DNA of 64,000 nucleotides from Eledone cirrhosa (GCA_964016885.1 OZ024746.1:5146001-5210000); one strand, 5' to 3'; shown: positions 1-15,910, counted from the first letter of the stretch. Notes: generated by a model from the letters alone, not told the origin. Program-made: numbers and translations.

Positions 1-1540
1 TTCACATATATACACCACTACATTCACATATATACACCACTCCATTCACATATATATACACCACTACATTCACATATATACACCACTACATTCACATATA
101 TACACCACTACATTCACATATATATACACCGCTACATTCACATATATACACCACTCCATTCACATATATACATCACTACATTCACATATATACACCACTC
201 CATTCACATATATACATCACTACATTCACATATATACACCACTCCATTCACATATATACACCACTACATTCACATATATACACCACTACATTGACATATA
301 CATATATATACACCACTACATTCACATATATATACACCACTACATTCACATATATATACACCGCTACATTCACATATATACATCACTGCATTCACATATA
401 TACACCACTACATTCACACATATATACCCCACTACATTCACACATATATACCCCACTACATTCACACATATATACACCACTACATTCACATATATATACA
501 CCACTACATTCACACATATATACCCCACTACATTCACATATATACACCACTACATTCACATATATACACCACTACATTCACATATATATACACCGCTACA
601 TTCACATATATAGACCACTCCATTCACATATATACATCACTGCATTCACATATATACCCCACTACATTCACACATATATACACCACTACATTCACATATA
701 TATACACCACTACATTCACACATATATACCCCACTACATTCACATATATACACCGCTCCATTCACATATATACACCACTCCATTCACATATATACATCAC
801 TACATTCACATATATACATCACTACATTCACATATATACACCACTACATTCACATATATACACCACTACATTCACATATATACATCACTACATTCACATA
901 TATACACCACCCCATTCACATATATACATCACTACATTCACACATATATACATCACTCCATTCACATATATACACCACTACATTCACATATATACACCAC
1001 TCCATTCACATATATACACCACTCCATTCACATATATACACCACTACATTCACATATATACATCACTACATTCACATATATACACCACCCCATTCACATA
1101 TATACACCACTACATTCACATATATACACCACTACATTCACATATATATACACCACTACATTCACACATATATACACCACTCCATTCACATATATACATC
1201 ACTACATTCACATACATACACCACTCCATTCACATATATACACCACTACATTCACATATATATACACCACTACATTCACATATATACACCACTACATTTA
1301 CATATATACACCACTACATTCACATATATATACACCACTACATTCACATATATACACCACTACATTCACATATATACACCACTACATTGACATATACATA
1401 TATATACACCACTACATTCACATATATATACATCACTACATTCACATATATACACCACTACATTCACATATATACACCACTACATTCACATATATATACA
1501 CCACTACATTCACATATATACACCACTCCATTCACACGTG
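1..1540. repeat. Minisatellite array, 22-24 bp unit TTCACATATA(TA)TACACCACTACA, runs off the left edge
   Basis: Direct tandem repetition; variants differ by TA number and CTACA/CTCCA; explains the 484-aa YIHH/TPLHSH ORF. Confidence 0.97.
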
Positions 1541-1838
1541 GGTATATACATCACTCCATTCCCGGGTATATACACCCGTATATATGTTTGTCAGTTCTTA
1601 CATTGAAACAAATGAGAATGTTTGGATAAATATTTGTTTGTCAATGAATGTTATGCAGGCCCGCGCGCGCACACACACACACACATGCATGCATGGATCT
1701 GTGTGTGTGCGTACATACACACACACATGCAAACACAAACACTAAAAAACACAGGTACGCATACACACACGTATATGTGTGTGTGTGTACATATGTACAC
1801 GATCTATGTATGTTAAAAAGGAAAACATGCATATTGTT

Positions 1839-1885
<47 letters not shown>

Positions 1886-1952
1886 AATGTGTGTGTGTTT
1901 GTGTGTATGTATGTGTGTGTGTTTGTGTGTATGTGTGTTTATGTATGTATGC

Positions 1953-2036
<84 letters not shown>

Positions 2037-2439
2037 ATATATATATATATATAAGAATGTATGAATGCATGTATGGTGGAATGAAACTAAATCAATTTTG
2101 TTTCGAAAGTACTATATTTTTTATTAATTCGAAATAAGTGGCAAAGGATAGTATTAAAGTCGATAATCTAACTAGATTAACACAATAGAATCTTATTAAC
2201 GAAGCTAAGTATGTCCATGGAACTTTATGAATATTTTGTGAGACTGCTTAAATATGGCGCCTATAAGCGACAATGGTGAACGCCGATCAGCTGAGGTAGC
2301 AATTGCTGTTCGAAATCAAATTAGCAAGCAATTCCGTTTACGTCTCTCCAAAGAGAAGTAATGTGAGAAATCATTTTACGTTACTGGATTTAATTTATTG
2401 AATATAGAGGAGAAGGCAAAGAGAGAAGGGAGTTGAGAA

Positions 2440-2480
<41 letters not shown>

Positions 2481-2689
2481 TCTCTCTCTCTCTCCCTCAC
2501 TCTCTCTCTCCTTCTCTCTCCTTCTCTCTCTCTCTCTCTGTGAGAGAGAGAGAGAGAGAGGGCGAGAAAGGTATACTTACAGGCGTAGACACATTAAAAC
2601 ACATACAGACATATATTTATATAAACTTACATATATATATAATATATGCACACACAGACATCTATATATACATACATGCATATATATAA

Positions 2690-2740
<51 letters not shown>

Positions 2741-3039
2741 ATAGAGGGAATTTTTCTCCTCTCTGTCTTTATCTGTCTACCATTAAAATATCTGTGATTG
2801 TGTTTTTTATATTCAGCAAAAATATATCTAAATCCAGACACCGAATCATTCACATAACCACACACAGCAATACTTTCGCACACTAAATCGAAGAATTAAA
2901 CAATGTCTTTCATTGTTGGTTGAGTAAAAGAATGTGAAGAGACAAAACAAGAAACCGTGGAAAGAGTTTTGGGATAAAAGAGAAAATATTTAATGAGAAT
3001 AATAATTGAGTAAAGGGAAAGAGAGAAAGAGAAAGAAAG

Positions 3040-3084
<45 letters not shown>

Positions 3085-3277
3085 AATATGAAAACATGGC
3101 GTGCTGCGTAGTTGCAAATGGGTTACATATGAATAAATTTAGTCCTTCATCAGTGATCTTCCAGCCTTCATTGGTATTTCATCGCTTTAAAGACCATATA
3201 CCTCTGGTTGGTGCGAGCAGCGTCTAAAGAAAGTCATTGTGACACGTAAATAGGGGGAACGGGCGAGACAGTAAACA

Positions 3278-3323
<46 letters not shown>

Positions 3324-3663
3324 ACAGATCAGAGCAAACATCACGGACGCTCTATCACAAAATTATTTTTGAAAAGCATTAGAAATGCGCAACCGGTAAA
3401 ACTTAAAACTAAAACTGAATACTAACAAATACTATTACTAATTATCACTTATTCCTAATTAAACTATTTTTCACTGTGAACAATTTGTCAGCATTTTCTT
3501 TTCCGTTTACCAATATATATATATATATATATATATAATGTAGGAGGTGAGTTTTATTGTAGTACAATAAAGCAATGCAGATATCGGATAAGAAGCACTC
3601 TACAGTTTGTAGGACTGGAGTATACATAATATAAGATCAAAAGATGGTTAAAGGAGTTCCATG

Positions 3664-3734
3664 TATTTTATTATGCGCATTTCAAAAACAAACATCATCA
3701 TGCAATAATATTTGTGTTTTCATCAGATAAAACA
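3664..3734 (-). ncRNA. Minimal type I hammerhead ribozyme (mirror of 5060-5130)
   Basis: Reverse complement of the motif at 5060-5130. Confidence 0.75.
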
Positions 3735-5059
3735 GGAGAACATGATATGAAGGCTAAAAAACACTTGTGGATAGTGCAGTTTTAAATCAACATATGAAAA
3801 GTGGTTTTAGATTGATGTGTGATATTGGGAAAAATATTTTATTTAGAGAGGGGTGGGTGGAAAGAATGAAAAAGGGGAGGAGATGAGAGGGAGAGATGGG
3901 TGATAGAGAGAAAGAGATAGTTTTTATAACTGAGAGAAGATATATTGTTTTACATAGAGAGGTTGAAAACCGTTGGAAGATAATGTATAAATTAAAAGAA
4001 TTTGAAAATTAACGAAGGGAAGATATGTGCGAGGAAAAAATATTTTATTTAGGGAGGGGGTGGTGGAAAGGATGAAAAAAGGGGGAGGAGATGAGAGTGA
4101 AGGTGGAGAGGGAGAGATGGGTGATAGAGAGAAAGAGATAGTTTTAATAACTGAGAAAAGATATATTGTTTTACATAGAGAGGTTGAGAACCGTTGGAAG
4201 ATAATGTATAAATTAAAGGAATTTGAAAATTAACGAAGGGAATTTATGTATGAAGATAGAGAGAAAAAATAATAATTGTGGATGAATATTTTAACGTCAA
4301 AAAAAGTGTATGTTGGTAAGTATTGTGGCAATTTCAAAATTAACGAAGAGAAAAAATTATTAAGGTTTGTGTGTAGATATACAAACTTTAACTTCACATT
4401 ATTTTTCTCAAATCCTTCTACACACAAACCTTAATAATTTTTTCTCTTCGTTAATTTTGAAATTGCCACAATACTTATCAACATACACTTTTTTTGACGT
4501 TAAAATATTCATCCACAATTATTATTTTTTCTCTCTATCTTCATACATAAATTCCCTTCGTTAATTTTCAAATTCCTTTAATTTATACATTATCTTCCAA
4601 CGGTTCTCAACCTCTCTATGTAAAACAATATATCTTTTCTCAGTTATAAAAACTATCTCTTTCTCTCTATCACCCATCTCTCCCTCTCCACCTTCACTCT
4701 CATCTCCTCCCCCTTTTTTCATCCTTTCCACCATCCCCTCCCTAAATAAAATATTTTTTCCTCGCACATATCTTCCCTTCGTTAATTTTCAAATTCTTTT
4801 AATTTATACATTATCTTCCAACGGTTTTCAACCTCTCTATGTAAAACAATATATCTTCTCTCAGTTATAAAAACTATCTCTTTCTCTCTATCACCCATCT
4901 CTCCCTCTCATCTCCTCCCCTTTTTCATCCTTTCCACCCACCCCTCTCTAAATAAAATATTTTTCCCAATATCACACATCAATCTAAAACCACTTTTCAT
5001 ATGTTGATTTAAAACTGCACTATCCACAAGTGTTTTTTAGCCTTCATATCATATTCTCC

Positions 5060-5130
5060 TGTTTTATCTGATGAAAACACAAATATTATTGCATGATGAT
5101 GTTTGTTTTTGAAATGCGCATAATAAAATA
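5060..5130 (+). ncRNA. Minimal type I hammerhead ribozyme (family C)
   Basis: TGTTTTAT-CTGATGA-stem II-GAAA-TGCGCA-TA-ATAAAATA; stem I pairs; stem III is the palindrome ATGCGCAT. Confidence 0.8.
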
Positions 5131-5158
5131 CATGGAACTCCTTTAACCATCTTTTGAT

Positions 5159-5249
<91 letters not shown>

Positions 5250-5321
5250 TATCATATATATATATATATATATAATACTGCCAATCCACCGCCCTATATA
5301 TATATATATATATATATATAA

Positions 5322-5517
5322 TAGGAACGAGTAGGACCCCGAAGGCTGAGCTCAAGCCGTTTTGACGGCTAATTCAGGACTCAGAATTAGCCGTCGAAAC
5401 GGCTTGAGCTCAGCTGTCGGGGTCCTACTCGTTCCTTTTACCCACTCTACTACCCTAAGTATTGAGTACTTTGGTGCGTTATGGTCCACCTGCTTCCTTA
5501 CCACATTTCCTTCGTTA
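5322..5517 (+). mobile_element. PLE terminus family A, fold-back (5322-5436) plus tail
   Basis: Same sequence forms the 3' end of the PLE at 49747-50810; inserted in (TA)n. Confidence 0.8.
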
Positions 5518-5529
5518 TATATATATATA

Positions 5530-5765
5530 TAAAAGTAATAATAATAAATGTGATATATAAAATATATAAAAGTAATAATAATAAATCCGAAGACGGCTCG
5601 ATAAGGATAATATATATATCAAAATATATAAAACCATAGAGCAAATATTTATTAAATAACAGATTAAAGTTTAAGCAAAGAATCGCTTAACGGGATCTTC
5701 TGAAGATGCCATTAAGGGTGAAAGCAGCGATTCTTTGCTTAAACTTTAATCTGTTATTTTAATAT
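5530..5765 (-). mobile_element. PLE-like terminus family D, fold-back with tail
   Basis: Inverted arms AATAACAGATTAAAGTTTAAGCAAAGAATCG; hammerhead-like motif; related copies at 17262, 52458, 57810, 60400. Confidence 0.65.
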
Positions 5766-5797
5766 ATATATATATATATACATATATATATACATAT

Positions 5798-6379
<582 letters not shown>

Positions 6380-6623
6380 GGGGGAGGGAGGGAGGGTTTA
6401 CAAGACATCGTTTTCGAATAAGAAAGCAGATAATGGTAGGTGAAGAAGTTATGGCACCTCAAAATATGAGGTTTATTACAATAAACTACTCAAAAGGCTA
6501 CACACAAATCTATTTGTATGGAATCTTTGTTTTAGACGTTTAAGTAAACTCATAGAGCAATGTATTTCATAAACATTTAGTATATTATTCAATTGGCAAT
6601 ACGTATATATATGTGTATACCGC

Positions 6624-6676
<53 letters not shown>

Positions 6677-6742
6677 TAAAACAGAAAATAAAAACAAAGC
6701 GAAGAGTGCAGTACAAAGTATTAGAAACACGCTTGAGAGTGT

Positions 6743-6788
<46 letters not shown>

Positions 6789-6817
6789 ATTTAAAATATT
6801 ATCATAACCAAAGTATA

Positions 6818-6880
6818 TATTTTATTATACATATTTCAAAGGTACAATAGTGTTTCAGTACGTTTTCATCAGATAAAATA
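6818..6880 (-). ncRNA. Minimal hammerhead ribozyme (family C fragment 6785-6942)
   Basis: TATTTTAT-CTGATGA-AAACGTAC..GTACCTTT-GAAA-TATGTA-TA-ATAAAATA. Confidence 0.75.
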
Positions 6881-6940
6881 TATATGAGATTGGTTATACG
6901 ACATACCGCTAAGGTCTTGAAACTTCAATTCCTGTAGTGG

Positions 6941-7002
<62 letters not shown>

Positions 7003-7524
7003 ATATATATATGTATATATATATATATAAACACACACACACACACGCACACACGCACACACACACACACATACACACACATATATATTGATATGAATTC
7101 GTGTATCTTGACAATGTTCGAGAGACAGGCAAAGAATCATGAAGTAAATTATTTTTCACAGATTCAATTAAAAATACGCCCATTATGTTTGCTGATAACG
7201 CTGCAAGGAAGATGAGAAATTTAATATAACACCGTTGTATTCTCATTCGTTATTTGTGTTGGCAATCCCATCAAGCTATTTGTTTGGGAATAATATAATA
7301 TAGATTTACAAGCGGTCCATTATTCTCAGCTATCTCCCGCAGTATATCCCCTAATTATACCTGTCAACAGTATATTGTATGTTGTTGTCTCTTTGTGTGT
7401 AATAATTTACTTTACCCCCGAATTTACACCCCTGTAATGGAATATAGATATGTTCTAAATATGTTGAGATAAAAGGAAAGACGTGTTGGATGTTTTGATC
7501 AAAGCAGGAGAGAGATATAGAGAT

Positions 7525-7557
<33 letters not shown>

Positions 7558-8384
7558 GAGAGAGAGAGGAAGAGAAAGAGAAAGAGAAGGAGAGAGAAAG
7601 AGAAAGAGAAAGAGAAAGAGAAAGAGAAAGAGAAAGAGAAAGAGAAAGAAGAGAGATAAAGAGAGATGGAGGAAGAGAAGAGAGGAAAGGAGAGATGGAG
7701 AGAGAGAGAGAGAGAAAGGGAGGAAGAGAAGAGAGAGGGAGAAAGAGAAGGAGAGAGAAAGAGAGAGGGAGGAAGATAAGAGAGAAGGAGAAAGAGAAGG
7801 AAAGAGAAAGAGATAGGGAGGAAGAGAAGGAGAAAGTGAGAGACATTGTTGTCAATGATGCAACACATACTATTACACGGGAATATTATTACTTGACATG
7901 CTAAAAATAGCTCCCACATTCCCCTCAAAATACACCTTACTATCTTAAAAAAGAAGCAACAACCACTTTATATATCTATAATCTAGATTAAATAATATAG
8001 TTGTTAATATATTATGACTCATTAAAAGACGGGATCGTCATGGCTGGAATGTCAATTAATTGTTCTGATTTATTATGCTTGACATGAGTTTAAAAAAAAA
8101 CCCAGATTCAACACTACATTCCATACATCTACCACTACATCTCTAGAACAGTTCAACTACAATCTATCAAACTGTGGAAATGTCTAGCCAAAGAAGTCCC
8201 CACCAATTCCACGGCTCGCTTTCGATTCCATGTTTCACTCATGTTGTTCTCTTTGTCACTTTATATCTTCTACTATGACGAAGTTGAACACTTACATAAT
8301 ACAACACAGTTTCTATATTACTCTATAAACTTTATATATACATATACATATATTTCAATATATGTATATGTATATATATATATA

Positions 8385-8725
8385 CTTGTGTATAATGGTA
8401 GCTATGGTGCTTCCATAGGCGGTATGCCAAAATTAGCACTCAATATTCATACAGACTGTGGATAGTATAAAAACGAAAAATCAGTGATGCATCTGGACTC
8501 AGTTTATTGCGTGTTACAATTGTTTTGCCGGCAGGTAGCTCGAGACATGATCACTGTATGAGAAAGTTTGCACCGAACGAACTACCCGTGTCCGAAGGAA
8601 CCTGCAGCCGTAGAATCAGCCAGATCCCTACAGTGATCATGTCTCGAGCTACCTGCCGGCGAAACAATTGTAACACGCAATAAACTGAGTCCAGACGCAT
8701 CACTGATTTTTCCTTTTTATCCTAA
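8385..8725 (-). mobile_element. Fold-back element family H: arms 8467-8558 and 8629-8720, tail 8385-8466
   Basis: 92-bp inverted arms; GAAAC-AATT-GTA hammerhead-like 3' half; related to 34761-35165. Confidence 0.65.
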
Positions 8726-8776
8726 ATATATATATATATATATATTTATTCATTTTAATAAACTAAATCGTGAGTC

Positions 8777-9300
<524 letters not shown>

Positions 9301-9498
9301 GTATTCAGCCATGTATATGTATGTATATTTTATACTTTCATTCATACATACATAGATATATATAGTAACGCACGTAAACGCTTGGACAAAAGGAAATGGC
9401 GGTTGTCCGGTATACAAAAGATTCATGCAGACGGTTCTGTCGATATTTCCCCATCTTGTGTTAAATTTATCAAACAGAAATTAATGTATGTATGTATA

Positions 9499-9534
<36 letters not shown>

Positions 9535-10637
9535 TGTATGTATGTATGTATGTATGTATGTATGTATGTATGTATGTGCGTGTGTGTGTGCATATGTGTG
9601 TGTGTATGTATGTATGCATACGCATACACATTATGCATCAACACACATACATAGACAAACACAGACGGACTGACACGCACACACGTATATATGCATATGC
9701 CTCTCTATATATATGCATATCTCTATGTGTATATACGTACATACATACACCACAAACACCACACACATACACACACACACAAACACACACACACATACAA
9801 ACACACACACCCACATACATATATAATTTAGAGTTGAAATAAATATACTTCATTATTTTTCTGCTCCAATTAATCAGACTTATCCAATAAACTTAGATTA
9901 ATAGTTTCTCACAAAATACAAAAAAAGTTTTAAATTTTTTCATCAATTACAAAATGAAAGTCTTTTATATTCAATATGATTGTTATTTGCCAAAAACTCC
10001 ATCTATTATATATTCCTCACAAACCGAGAACATACTTTGGAATCAATTCTATTAGCTAGATATACACCAAAGTTTAACATATATTGTTTAATTCTTTTTG
10101 GGTTTTCCAGTAACATAGAGTCGAAATATAACTAATGAGTCTGATAATACAACAAAAACAGTAATTGAAACAAGGAGGGAGCCATACCATGGTCATTTGA
10201 CTTGCTAGAATTAGCTACCAGGATCCCTCATATTATATCTCCTTACATAAAAAAGAAGGATGTATTGGATAATGAAGTTTATTTACATTGTAAAAAAAAG
10301 ATATGATTGATGGAAGATTTTTGATCGAAGACTTGATTAAATAACTAACGAAACAAAATGAAGTAACGTGAATTAGACAATTTCAGACCATTCCTGTTAA
10401 TGTAAAAGCTGTTGTCCATTTACCGTTATTGCGTCCACCATCCATGATAGGGCATGATAGGGCATGATAGGGCATCAATAATGTCGCCCCATCTGGTGGA
10501 ATAGCAACAAAATCTTTAAAGTAATTATCACTTAACATTTAGCAAAGAAAAATACGCAAATTTGATAATGCAATCCTGGAAGATTAGGCAACTCTCCAGT
10601 ACTGACTGAAAAAAAATCAATAAAGAACCCCCCCAAA

Positions 10638-10670
<33 letters not shown>

Positions 10671-10789
10671 AAAACAGACAAAAGAAAACAAAAAACAACA
10701 ACAAAACAAATGAGATAGTAACGGCTGGAATGCCATTAGTCATAGGTGTGTTGAATAAGGTCTGAATTTGTGATAAACAACAGGTGTAG

Positions 10790-10913
10790 ATTATGCAAGC
10801 GGGTCAGTTGGAGAAGGTTTCTTCTGACAAGACCCTGCCCCAGCAACCCTCTCAGGAATAAGTGGGTGAAGAAGAAGAAGAAGAAGAAGAAGAAGAAGAA
10901 GAAGAAGAAGAAG
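10790..10913 (+). mobile_element. RTE-clade LINE 3' end with (GAA)n tail
   Basis: ACCCTCTCAGGAATAAGTGG+(GAA)n shared with 42975-43238, which encodes RPRGRPRARWLD. Confidence 0.6.
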
Positions 10914-11150
10914 ATACCCTCCCCACTATAGTACGCTATATATTCAACAGTCCCCCATCTGAGTATTTCCGAGGTTTCTTTTTTATTACTGTTCTTTTCT
11001 GTTCTCTTCTGATACGAAGAAGACATCGAACGTTTATGAAAAGTTCTTTTGAAAAAGTAGAAGACATAAAAAGATGTCATGTCTGGAGTTTATTGTTAAT
11101 AGGTTTGTTTAATGAAGATTGACTTAGAGTTATAAAACAAAATGAAATAA

Positions 11151-11268
11151 TTGTTTCTACTTTTGGCACAAGGCCAGCAACTACCAGTACATTACTGGTA
11201 CTTTATTTTATCGACCCTGTAAGGATGAAAGGCAAAGTTAACCTCGGCGGGATTTGAACTCGGACCGT
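11151..11268 (-). mobile_element. 5'-truncated tRNA-derived SINE, TSD ATGAAATAAT
   Basis: Matches the family; TSD at 11141-11150 and 11269-11278; an older divergent copy follows at ~11355-11500. Confidence 0.85.
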
Positions 11269-11624
11269 ATGAAATAATATTAATTAAATAACATCATCTC
11301 TTTATATATCTCTTCATAATGTTTTCTTTGTCAGTAATTTGTGAGGAAGAGAAAATCGATTATATCGCCTCAGTAAATGACTGGAACTTTATTTTATCGA
11401 CCTCGAAAGGAAGAAAGGTAAAATTGAAATCGGCGGTATTTGAACTCAGAAAGTCGTAATTAAATATCAGTGAGCATCTTGTCTGACCCTCTACCAACGC
11501 TTTCCATATCTCCTAATAATATAAAAGCTATTGTCTACCTACCATTTTCGAATACATACTCCACACGGTAGCCTGTATGCTGTCGTTCGATTTGCTAAAT
11601 TCCAGGATTACCTCGTGTTTATCA

Positions 11625-11797
11625 TGCAGGGTCGGGCACCATGCTTTTACACATAGAGTTACGGCCCTTGCCATTCTGAGTTCGAATCCCGCCGAGGTTA
11701 ACTTTACCTTTCATCCTTACGGGGTCGATAAAATAAAGTACCAGTAATGCACTGGGATAATTGCTGGCCTTGTGCCAAAAGTAGAAACATTTATTAG
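11625..11797 (+). mobile_element. tRNA-derived SINE
   Basis: B box GAGTTCGAATCC, central TTTCATCCTTACGGGGTCGATAAAA domain, ATT tail. Confidence 0.85.
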
Positions 11798-11873
11798 TAT
11801 TACATAATTAAACACTACTGATATTGAGAGCTCTCATTTCATATGTGCTACACTCGGTCTATTGTGTATAATA

Positions 11874-12017
<144 letters not shown>

Positions 12018-12089
12018 TTCCAGGAAGCTCCAACCGTTAAGGTTGTCTTTTTTCTGGGTATGTCAATATTTATTTATAAAACAAATCTG

Positions 12090-12155
12090 TATTTTATCTG
12101 ATGAAAGCGCACCACAATTTGCCTTGGTTGCCTTTGAAATATATATAATAAAATA
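12090..12155 (+). ncRNA. Minimal hammerhead ribozyme (family C fragment 12013-12200)
   Basis: TATTTTAT-CTGATGA-stem II-GAAA-TATATA-TA-ATAAAATA. Confidence 0.8.
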
Positions 12156-12189
12156 AATATGGTTTTATAAATATAGTTTCCATTTAGTA

Positions 12190-12240
<51 letters not shown>

Positions 12241-12246
<6 letters not shown>

Positions 12247-12477
12247 AAGGAGATGTGGTAAGGAACCAGATGGACCATAACGCACCAGAGTAGTCAATAT
12301 TTACCACGCTAAAAATTCTAATTTAGTCCAGAAATAGCCGTCGAAACGGCTTGAGCTCTGCCGTCGGGGGTCATACATCTTCCTATATATATATATATAA
12401 AGATTCCGGACCCCCACGGCTGAGCTCCGACCGTTTCGACAGCTAGATCCGAACTGGTATCTTACCACACCCTCTTT

Positions 12478-12480
<3 letters not shown>
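12241..12480. mobile_element. Two family A PLE termini (12241-12385 and divergent 12399-12480), each an arm joined to an inverted tail
   Basis: AGCCGTCGAAACGGCTTGAGCTC core; tail CTTACCACA; TA-flanked. Confidence 0.7.
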
Positions 12481-12527
<47 letters not shown>

Positions 12528-13901
12528 ATTTAATTAGAGAGTGAACAACACAAAATATAACTACTCCATTACCAAAGGTTTCTGGATTACAGACGATAAT
12601 AATATACGTCTGGATCGGTCGTCAGATAGAGATGTTATAGATAAAAAGATAAAAGATATACATAGAGCACTCTTTTTTCCTTTGCTTTTCCTTTGGAATT
12701 ACGTAACACACACACACACACACACATATATATATGGTGTGATAGCTAACATCCCTTACACCCATTCTACCTTTTCTGTCTTGTTTAGCTGTCTGTCTAT
12801 TGAAAAATATGTATTTACACTCCACACCTATATTAGCAACATTTTTAGCTTGTTTTTCTCTCTCCACAATGCAGGCGTAACTCGCCAGAGGAGATGCCTT
12901 TCATGTACAGTTTAAATATCAAGAATATTAAGAAATATCCAATAAAGTCGAATCTATACTGTAAAGCATTATGGCTTACATTATTGTTGTTATATTTGTG
13001 GTTTGAGGATGTTAGACGAAAGAAGGAGGAGTTCAGAAACTTATTCGTACTTAAAACAAGACAACCAGAATTTCCGCTGAAGGTCTTATATTACTGATAA
13101 AATTTATTTAGATGGAATAACTTATAGAGGAGGATAAATTTCCCTTCTCTCGTTTTCAGAACTAGTTTGTGTTTCAGATTTATTTGATGTCAACTGAATC
13201 ACAAATATAAAGACAATTGGCTGTTGTATCCTAAAGCTTTGCCTGTCGGCTACCAAAGAACAAAGAGGAAGATATAAGGATTATCATAAACTAGAAGGAA
13301 ATAGTCTAGTGCTATTTAGTTATATAGGGAATGGTTCTGTGTATTTATCTGTGTGCATATGTATAACCGTATGTATAACCGTATGTATAACCGTATGTAT
13401 ATGTATAACCGCCTAGAGCGAGTGAATGCATAGAAAGAGGGTTGGAGTGAATGTTATTGAATGCGAGAAGAAAAGAGAAAAAATATATCTTGCACAGAAA
13501 ACAATAACAACACTAACTGAATTATGCCAGATGCAATAATTATGAAAATATTCTATCCTACTGAGAGTTGCTTTGTTGACTGTATCCCTTAATATATAAG
13601 TATTGTTGCTTTACCACATATTAAAATGCAGGAAGGGATTGTTAGCCTCCTAGATACAAACCCTTCTTGCTGTGAGTCACTTAATTTCCTGATCCTATAT
13701 AATTCTCTCTCATTGTTAGGAACACATTTTGTAATGGCACTCGTGGAATGCGTAAGAGTATAAATGAGAAACAGTAGTTAGTATTAATATATTTAATACG
13801 GGGAACATTAAAAGCTAACTAGAAATAACTACAGAGCGCGGTAAAACCAATATTAGTAATTAATTAATATATATTTTTGTTTTCATTTTTAGAGGAGACA
13901 C

Positions 13902-13946
13902 TATTTTGTGTGTTTCGGTCGTAGTAAGACCTCAACAGTAAAATAT
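13902..13946 (-). ncRNA. Degenerate hammerhead motif
   Basis: TATTTTA-CTGTTGA-GGTC..GACC-GAAAC..AAAATA; core A6 and the cleavage triplet are mutated. Confidence 0.45.
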
Positions 13947-14383
13947 TATCTTAAACATAGTTGTGATAAAAAGATGCTCTTAGAAATTGTACAACTTTCT
14001 ACGTTAAAAAAATTAAAACAATATTAATCATTGGTGAATAGCATTTTCCATCACATCATACTTTACTTTTCAATGATATTAAATATATTAACATTAACTT
14101 AACCATTGATGGTTTCGCCTATTCAGTCTACACTATTCAAATCACAAATACAGGTTCGTATATTTGTCTGCGTGCCCGAGGGGGTGGGGGTGGGGGGTGG
14201 GGGGGAGTGTAAGTTTGGAAGTGACTCCTCCAACATACAGTTGTGATCAAAGCTCAACCCCGAAACCAATGGTCGCACATATATATGTGCGACCATTGGT
14301 GTATGAAACATCATTTGTACTAAATAAGGTCTCTTGTAACAGATTCAGCATTGTTTTCCTTCATCTTTCATCTACGGATATCC

Positions 14384-14424
<41 letters not shown>

Positions 14425-14456
14425 AAAATTGCAAACTTGACTGTCACCACAGAATA

Positions 14457-14495
14457 TGAACCTGAAGATTGCGAAAGCATGAAAGTACTTGTTCA
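14457..14495 (+). ncRNA. Minimal hammerhead ribozyme (family I; element ~14423-14610)
   Basis: TGAAC-CTGAAGA-TTGC GAAA GCAT-GAAA-GTAC-TT-GTTCA; palindromic AAGTACTT; second copy at 36426-36464. Confidence 0.8.
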
Positions 14496-14615
14496 ATTAA
14501 CACTTAACATTTAATATTCTACCATACTATTTCATTCTAATACCATTATAAATTTTAAAGGATTGTAAATAAAACGAGCAAATCAGACAAAGTTGGAATT
14601 CCTTTTATTAATATA

Positions 14616-14708
<93 letters not shown>

Positions 14709-14771
14709 TTACATATATATATATATGTATATATATATATATGTTTACATATATATATGTATATATATATA

Positions 14772-14844
<73 letters not shown>

Positions 14845-14852
14845 ATATATAA

Positions 14853-15598
<746 letters not shown>

Positions 15599-15910
15599 CA
15601 CATATTCCTATATTAGAAACTAAACATTTGCCTGGAATAATTTTACAAGAATGTTTACCATGGTGTTGCGATCCACATTTTAATGGCTGATTCATAATAA
15701 CATTTATTTGTTGGAAGTTACAAAACGAAATCACTGAATATATCTATTCACTAATTTGTTCGTCATTTGCTCTCGAGGTGGCACTGAAAAAGATTAATGT
15801 AGTGGCAATTATCGCCAGAAGGATCTCTAATAGAAGCAGGTGTTGTAAACCGGCTTTAATTTGTTTTGATTTTCTATGTGTCTATTAGTCTTCAAATTTA
15901 TTATTATTAT

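Larger units (their letters stand above)
3536..5165. mobile_element. PLE terminus family C as a giant fold-back: arms 3629-4377 and 4417-5165, 39-bp spacer, tail 3536-3628
   Basis: Arms are reverse complements with a few substitutions; each carries a hammerhead; bounded by (TA)n on both sides. Confidence 0.8.

Noticed and set aside
1-1540. CRISPR-like array
   Set aside because: No unique spacers, no cas genes, animal context
291-1745. 484-aa His/Tyr/Thr-rich ORF
   Set aside because: Translation of a minisatellite whose unit lacks stops; unit length is often not a multiple of 3 and frames shift freely
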